Shown here: one piece after another, positions 59,538 to 64,000 of the stretch
Layout: every line of letters starts with the position of its first letter
Position numbering within the stretch: the stretch's first letter is position 1
Assembly: GCA_965224705.1 (NCBI GenBank)
Contig: OZ245056.1
Location: forward strand, 1,344,001 to 1,408,000
Source: Spirochaetaceae bacterium
Lineage (GTDB): Bacteria > Spirochaetota > Spirochaetia > DSM-2461
Direction of reading: 5' to 3'
DNA: 64,000 nt
Translations under genes and position numbers: made by a program
The notes under the pieces: model-generated
Databases searched by the model: none
Seen by the model: only the letters and a program-made list of their open reading frames with translations
Told to the model about the DNA's origin: nothing

Positions 59538-61088
59538 TCAAGAGTCAGGAGAATCTGTTTCCAGCGCATCCCAGAAAGTGCTGAATTCATCGAGTATCTT
59601 GTGATTCACAAGAATTACTTCCAAAAATTCCGAAACAACATAGCTGAAATTCGCCGAGCGATCGCCGCCAAACGCATGGGCAAATTCATGCAGGTAAGTG
59701 CTCATGGCGCGGGGAAAATTATGCTTGCAAAACAGATTGCTCTTAAGGGCGATATATGGCAGTTTGAATTTTATGTTATTGCCGGAAGGAGTGGTGACAG
59801 TCCTGGCGAGCTTAATGCAGCTTGTCATGCCCTGCCATGCGCCACTTTCATTCTTTATCACTTGAGCCGGAGGCAGTTCTTCCGATGCCATATAACTTTG
59901 AAATAACGCTTTTGTGACTGTCTCCAGCAGCCTGATGCGCTTTTTCTCGTTTTCCGTCGGCAATCTTGTCACATTGAATCCATCATTTTCCTCGCAGACT
60001 CGCTCAAGTTCGGGATAGCCCAATCTGAGAAACCCATCCTGGACCAATTTGTATTTAACATCCTGTTTCTTCATCCATGCCAGGGCCTGGGTTCGCCTGT
60101 TTTTTTGCACGATGTTGCTGGATGAAACCTTTTTTGCAACGATCAGGAAGGGAAATGCCTTCCTCAACTTTTTGACGCATTTTTCAGATTCCGCGACAGC
60201 GCGCACCGTATCGTTAATTATGCTATACCAGGAGTCAAAGTCGTACTTCTTTTTGGGGTACTGGTACCATTTTTTTCTCAATGCTGTCAGCAGTTTCAGG
60301 GCGGCTTCCGGGGGGATTTTATTAACAATTTTATTGACCGTACTTATAACATCCATTCGATAAAAATCGTCTCGTTCCCTGTTTTTGGGCGGCTCGCCGT
60401 GGAGGCAGAAAACTAACGGAGGCGGCAGTGAGCCAAGGGCCTGGAAGCCTGAAAATACTATTCCCTCTCCCCCGTACCAGTAAGTCGATGGATAGTAATA
60501 TGGTTTCGGAAAGGGGGATCGATGATAGATGGCCCCAATGGCGGAAGACCATATTTTTCTTCCAAGCAAAGGATTCTCCTCGTAAAAAAAGCTTAATCTG
60601 GCGCTTTCAAAGATTTCCATTTCATATTCACGAAACGAGGAGATTGTTAAAATGGAGAGATTGCGTCGTCTGCTGTATCTTTTTACCCTGTAGGCCAAAG
60701 ATCTCAGCGTGGAATTGTCAATATTGATATCTGTGGTGACAACTTCCAATTTCCAATCTTTTGAAGCCATGGTTATGCCCCAGCCGTGATCCCTCAGGGC
60801 GCAAAGGGAGGCAATCTTGAATCCTTCGCCGAAATATCCGGCATACTGCCTGTCGCTGTCTCTTTTGGTGGAGGCCCCAATATGAATCAGCCAGTCATAA
60901 CTGAAGGATACATTGGCAACTTCCATGCTCAGATGGTTGTTCTTCATTTTATAAATGAACCGATCTTTCCATTCATGCGGCCCAACAGCGTCATAGAAAT
61001 TTTGAATCAGATCCCGCAAAACTTTGTATTTGGACCACTTGACAGGGTATGTATAAACCAGATTAAGAGAAATCATGTCATCATTCAC
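59538..61088 (-). CDS. GHKL-type ATPase fused to C-terminal HExxH metallopeptidase (probable GTG start after GGAGG)
   Basis: LRDLIQNFYDA, IGASTKR, AGYFGEGFKIASLCALR; YLHEFAHAFGGD. Confidence 0.7.
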   Translation of the reverse strand: MNDDMISLNLVYTYPVKWSKYKVLRDLIQNFYDAVGPHEWKDRFIYKMKNNHLSMEVANVSFSYDWLIHIGASTKRDSDRQYAGYFGEGFKIASLCALRDHGWGITMASKDWKLEVVTTDINIDNSTLRSLAYRVKRYSRRRNLSILTISSFREYEMEIFESARLSFFYEENPLLGRKIWSSAIGAIYHRSPFPKPYYYPSTYWYGGEGIVFSGFQALGSLPPPLVFCLHGEPPKNRERDDFYRMDVISTVNKIVNKIPPEAALKLLTALRKKWYQYPKKKYDFDSWYSIINDTVRAVAESEKCVKKLRKAFPFLIVAKKVSSSNIVQKNRRTQALAWMKKQDVKYKLVQDGFLRLGYPELERVCEENDGFNVTRLPTENEKKRIRLLETVTKALFQSYMASEELPPAQVIKNESGAWQGMTSCIKLARTVTTPSGNNIKFKLPYIALKSNLFCKHNFPRAMSTYLHEFAHAFGGDRSANFSYVVSEFLEVILVNHKILDEFSTFWDALETDSPDS

Positions 61089-61172
61089 GTTCTGGCCTCC
61101 TGGCATGGGTATAACGTCGCTGTCAATATAATGAAGTTTGGCTGCTATGGAAATGAGCGAATGACGCACTAA

Positions 61173-61310
61173 CCCCTATTTCTCACCAGCATAAAACTAA
61201 TAAAAATCCCGGAGAATTTCTGTTCTCTCGGCAATATATCAAGCAAAAAGTCTCCAGTTGATTGATCCTTGTTGTTTCCGTCCAGATCAAGTCGATTTCT
61301 TCTGATTTTC
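61173..61310 (-). mobile_element. Solo right end of the IS1380-family element
   Basis: CCCCTATTTCTCACCA plus a reverse-complement match to ~54895-55030. Confidence 0.75.
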
Positions 61311-61347
61311 TTTCCTGACAGGGAACCTAATATTGTAAGAATTTGAA

Positions 61348-61458
61348 GTGTCAGTAAGCTTGTTAAACCAGAAAAATGCTTCTTCAGTACAACTCTGTCA
61401 ATGGCTTAGAACACTGTAATAATTGGGAGTAATGAGAATTTAACAAGCTTGCTGACAC
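61348..61458. mobile_element. Family B element, short form (111 bp)
   Basis: GTGTCAGTAAGCTTGTT ... AACAAGCTTGCTGACAC. Confidence 0.7.
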
Positions 61459-61537
61459 TACGTTTGGTGCTTCCAGGAGTATTTTGTTGAACTTATATAG
61501 ACGGTTATACAGTTGATTTCACAGGTCCGCCCACGGG

Positions 61538-62428
61538 TTAAAGCTTCTGGATCTTCGATTCGCTCAGACCTGTGGCCTTGATGATGAGTTCCATGTCGGC
61601 TCCGGCAGCCTTTAATCGCCTGGCTGTTTCCGTTTTTTCTTCTTCTCTGCCTTCTTCTCTGCCTTCTTCTCTGCCCTTATCCCTGCCATCGCTCCAGGAT
61701 TCATCCAGACCGCTTAGATAATCCCTTCTCCATTTCTCTTTGGCTTCCAGCCTGTCAAGCATGGCTTGATCGGCAGTGAATGCTGTGTAGAGTTTATGGG
61801 CCTCCTGAATATACGGGTTGTCTCCCAATAACACCGACATCTCGTCCTCCTTCAAATAGCCTTCGTACTTAAAAAAATAGCACCATCGTTCAAAGTCGCT
61901 TTGAAAAGTCAGGTCGGCTTCACCGGGAAATGACATTTTCGAGAGCTCCATGAACATGATGATCAAATGATCTGTCAGTACCAGTTCCGGATGGTCCATT
62001 TCGGTAATATGAAAGCAGGTGTGATATTCCTTCAATTGAGGAAAAAGGGACTCGCCAATCAGATTGATGCAAATAACCGGATTGAGTTTGGTGTAAGTCT
62101 CTGACTGATGCAACTGACTGTGATAGTTTTTGGCCCAGTATAGCAAACTGCGATTGGCAAAATACTTACTGGTGGAAATCTGTACCTCTATGTTGATGAG
62201 GCGTTTGTGGTTGTCTCTTGCCTTGACATCCAATATGGTTTCTTTGTCGTTGAAATGCTCTTTCAAGTTATAGGGGTTGAGAATGTTGACGCTGATGACC
62301 GGAGTGAGGCCTTTTTGTGTTAAAAAAGCATTGATGAAATTCGTCAACAGACTGGTGTTTTTCTCATCACCGAGAAGGGCGCGGGCAAACAAGTCAGACA
62401 GCGGATCGAATGGTCTGGTTGATTCCAT
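61538..62428 (-). CDS. Rpn family PD-(D/E)XK nuclease; internal start predicts a small RpnS protein (61538-61840)
   Basis: DPLSDLFAR, ILDVKAR..INIEVQ, RSLLYWAK, GREEG repeats, IIKATGLS; internal AAGGAGG-5 nt-ATG. Confidence 0.88.
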   Translation of the reverse strand: MESTRPFDPLSDLFARALLGDEKNTSLLTNFINAFLTQKGLTPVISVNILNPYNLKEHFNDKETILDVKARDNHKRLINIEVQISTSKYFANRSLLYWAKNYHSQLHQSETYTKLNPVICINLIGESLFPQLKEYHTCFHITEMDHPELVLTDHLIIMFMELSKMSFPGEADLTFQSDFERWCYFFKYEGYLKEDEMSVLLGDNPYIQEAHKLYTAFTADQAMLDRLEAKEKWRRDYLSGLDESWSDGRDKGREEGREEGREEEKTETARRLKAAGADMELIIKATGLSESKIQKL

Positions 62429-62547
62429 GGCTTTATACTACGGTTGTTTTGGCATTTGATGCAAGGGAAAAGTCAATCCATCTGAATTGAGGTAACCTGT
62501 CAAGTTAACTGTCCACTTTTTTCATGAAGCTCATGATGACCTGTCTT

Positions 62548-63160
62548 TCAAGCCGTCAAATGAATCCCTATGGCCTCATTGGCCGATCGTCCACCCAGTA
62601 TCCGCCGTGGGTAGTTGTTGACCCAATCCTGTATCTCCCTGATCTCCTTCTTGCTGTAGCACCCTATATCACTACCTTTGGGTATGAATCGCCGTACCAC
62701 GCCATTGCATTTTCATTGCTTCCCCGCTCCCACGATGAGTATGGGTGCGCATAGTAAATAGTTGATCTCTTGCCCCGGGTCAGGCAGGAGCGTTCCATAT
62801 GACCAAATTCTTCCCGTGTTTCAATATAATCCGGTCGGGTTGAAATACTTTTCATGGCTGACTTTGCTCTGTTGTGTCTCTTATAGCCTTTTGAGCCCTT
62901 CTTATGCCTTCTTTTGCCCCGGAGCAGGTACTTCCTGGCATCCCCCAGCAGACCTTCATGAATATACCGGTAGAGGGTTCTTGTGCTGATTCTTGTGTCC
63001 GTTGGCCATGAATGCTTCTCATAGTGCATGATGACCGCGTCAGGGCTGTATTTCTTTGCAAGGAGCTTTCTGATTTCCCCGACAAGTTTGTAATCGGCTC
63101 CAAGCTTTAATTCGGGCCCCTTTGCTTCAAGTTCCCTACGGCGCGCTGTGCCAAAGTAGT
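62548..63160 (-). pseudogene. IS30-family transposase remnant
   Basis: YSPDAV, ISTRTLYRYI, REEFGH then deletion, YAHPYSSWERGSNEN, frameshifted RRFIPKG..WVNNYPRRILG. Confidence 0.8.
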
Positions 63161-63720
63161 TGTCACACAAGTTAAGTCAACGCAGGAGGTGACAACATGC
63201 AGCGCTACAGTGTTCAATTCAGAAATACTATCTTGCAAAAGATGATCGGCCCGGAGAAACGGAAGGCAGCTGATCTCGCAGAGGAATTCGGGGTTTCTGC
63301 CGCCACAATCTATGGGTGGAAATCAAAGCTCAAAGACGGTACCCTTTCCGTTCTGGGAAATGAATCAACCAGTCATGAAAGAAGACCGTCGGAGAAGCTC
63401 ATGCTTCTACTCGAATCAAAGAATGTCAGTGAAGCAGAAATGGGTGCATGGCTTCGCCGAAATGGTCTGCATTCTGAACATCTTGGGCTATGGGAACAAG
63501 AGCTCCGGGCTCTTGTTGATCAGAAAGGTGGGGATAAGTCCCGGGAGATGAGGGAGATTCGCAAGGAGCTGAAAAAGAGGGATAAAGAGCTTAACCGTAA
63601 GGACAGGGCTCTTGCGGAGATGTCGACAATCATAGCACTTCAAAAAAAACATCTCTTCTGTTTCAGGAAGGACGAGTGACCCATCGTCGTGTGAAAAAGC
63701 AGATTGTTTCTGATATAAAG
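63161..63720 (+). mobile_element. IS3-family left part: IRL, orfA (63197-63679), A8 slippery site, orfB truncated by a MITE
   Basis: TG-starting end, GGAGG RBS, HTH LAEEFGVSAATIYGWK, coiled coil, CAAAAAAAAC near the orfA end. Confidence 0.7.
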
Positions 63721-63881
63721 GAGTCTGTCGGACTTACGCCTCACGGCTCGATTTTTGCCCTTTTTTCCCGCTACCGCGTTGTCAAAATGCTCACGGAGCC
63801 CAGCTACGCTCCGCTTTTGCCGCCTTGTATCGGAAAAAAATCATCAAAAATCGCCTCGAAGTCTTAAAGTCCGACAGACTC
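63721..63881 (+). mobile_element. MITE family A, copy 7 (161 bp)
   Basis: Terminal IRs; several internal substitutions. Confidence 0.85.
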
Positions 63882-63884
63882 CTA

Positions 63885-64000
63885 AGCGTCATACACCAAT
63901 TACATGATTACTGAAACGGTGTCTATCTGCTCTTCAACAACTTTTTTTTTCTTACAGCATCATACGCCAATTACATGATTACTGAAACTATGATGTAAAT
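63885..64000 (+). CRISPR. Probable CRISPR array start: two repeats, one full spacer, continues off the edge
   Basis: AGCRTCATACRCCAATTACATGATTACTGAAAC at 63885-63917 and 63956-63988 (31/33 identical, period 71 nt, GAAAC end, ATCAT/ATGAT stem). Confidence 0.6.

Noticed and set aside
55460..64000. Prophage or ICE integrated at the tRNA-Arg 3' end
   Set aside because: No integrase, phage or conjugation genes, and no 3' tRNA duplicate seen within the window.

Overview
This is bacterial chromosomal DNA, most likely from a Spirochaetota member. The evidence is a spirochaete-type 'FSAGQSD' N-terminus on the sugar-binding protein, a TPR+Mrr-like protein, a PTS-IIA/antiporter pair and an SthK-like channel; this is inference, no search was run. 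Positions 1-32.4 kb are core-like: 5' part of metH, livHMGF, pntAA/AB/B, hrpA, murD, lgt, PTS IIA plus antiporter, pepT, mnmE, rsmG, a lytic transglycosylase, uppP, ftsK and a CNG K+ channel. Positions 32.4-64 kb are accessory: sigZ-arsM followed by an attC-like remnant, ClbS/DfsB, an AAA+PD-(D/E)XK protein, a GH32 fructan ABC locus, a broken P-loop ATPase + TPR pair, and a YtrA-SPFH-ABC-LolA-like-OMP operon. Next come tRNA-Arg(CCT), whose promoter and 5' end are duplicated 3 kb upstream, and a debris-rich island. That island holds IS1380/IS481/IS30/IS3 remnants, a GHKL-ATPase/HExxH-peptidase gene bracketed by two Rpn units (one reduced to the putative RpnS antitoxin), and what looks like the start of a CRISPR array at the right edge. 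Two unannotated miniature inverted-repeat families recur across the window: A (~161 bp, GAGTCTGTCGGACTT ends) and B (~220 bp, GTGTCAGAAAGCTTGTT ends, co-varying arms). All calls come from reading motifs by eye.
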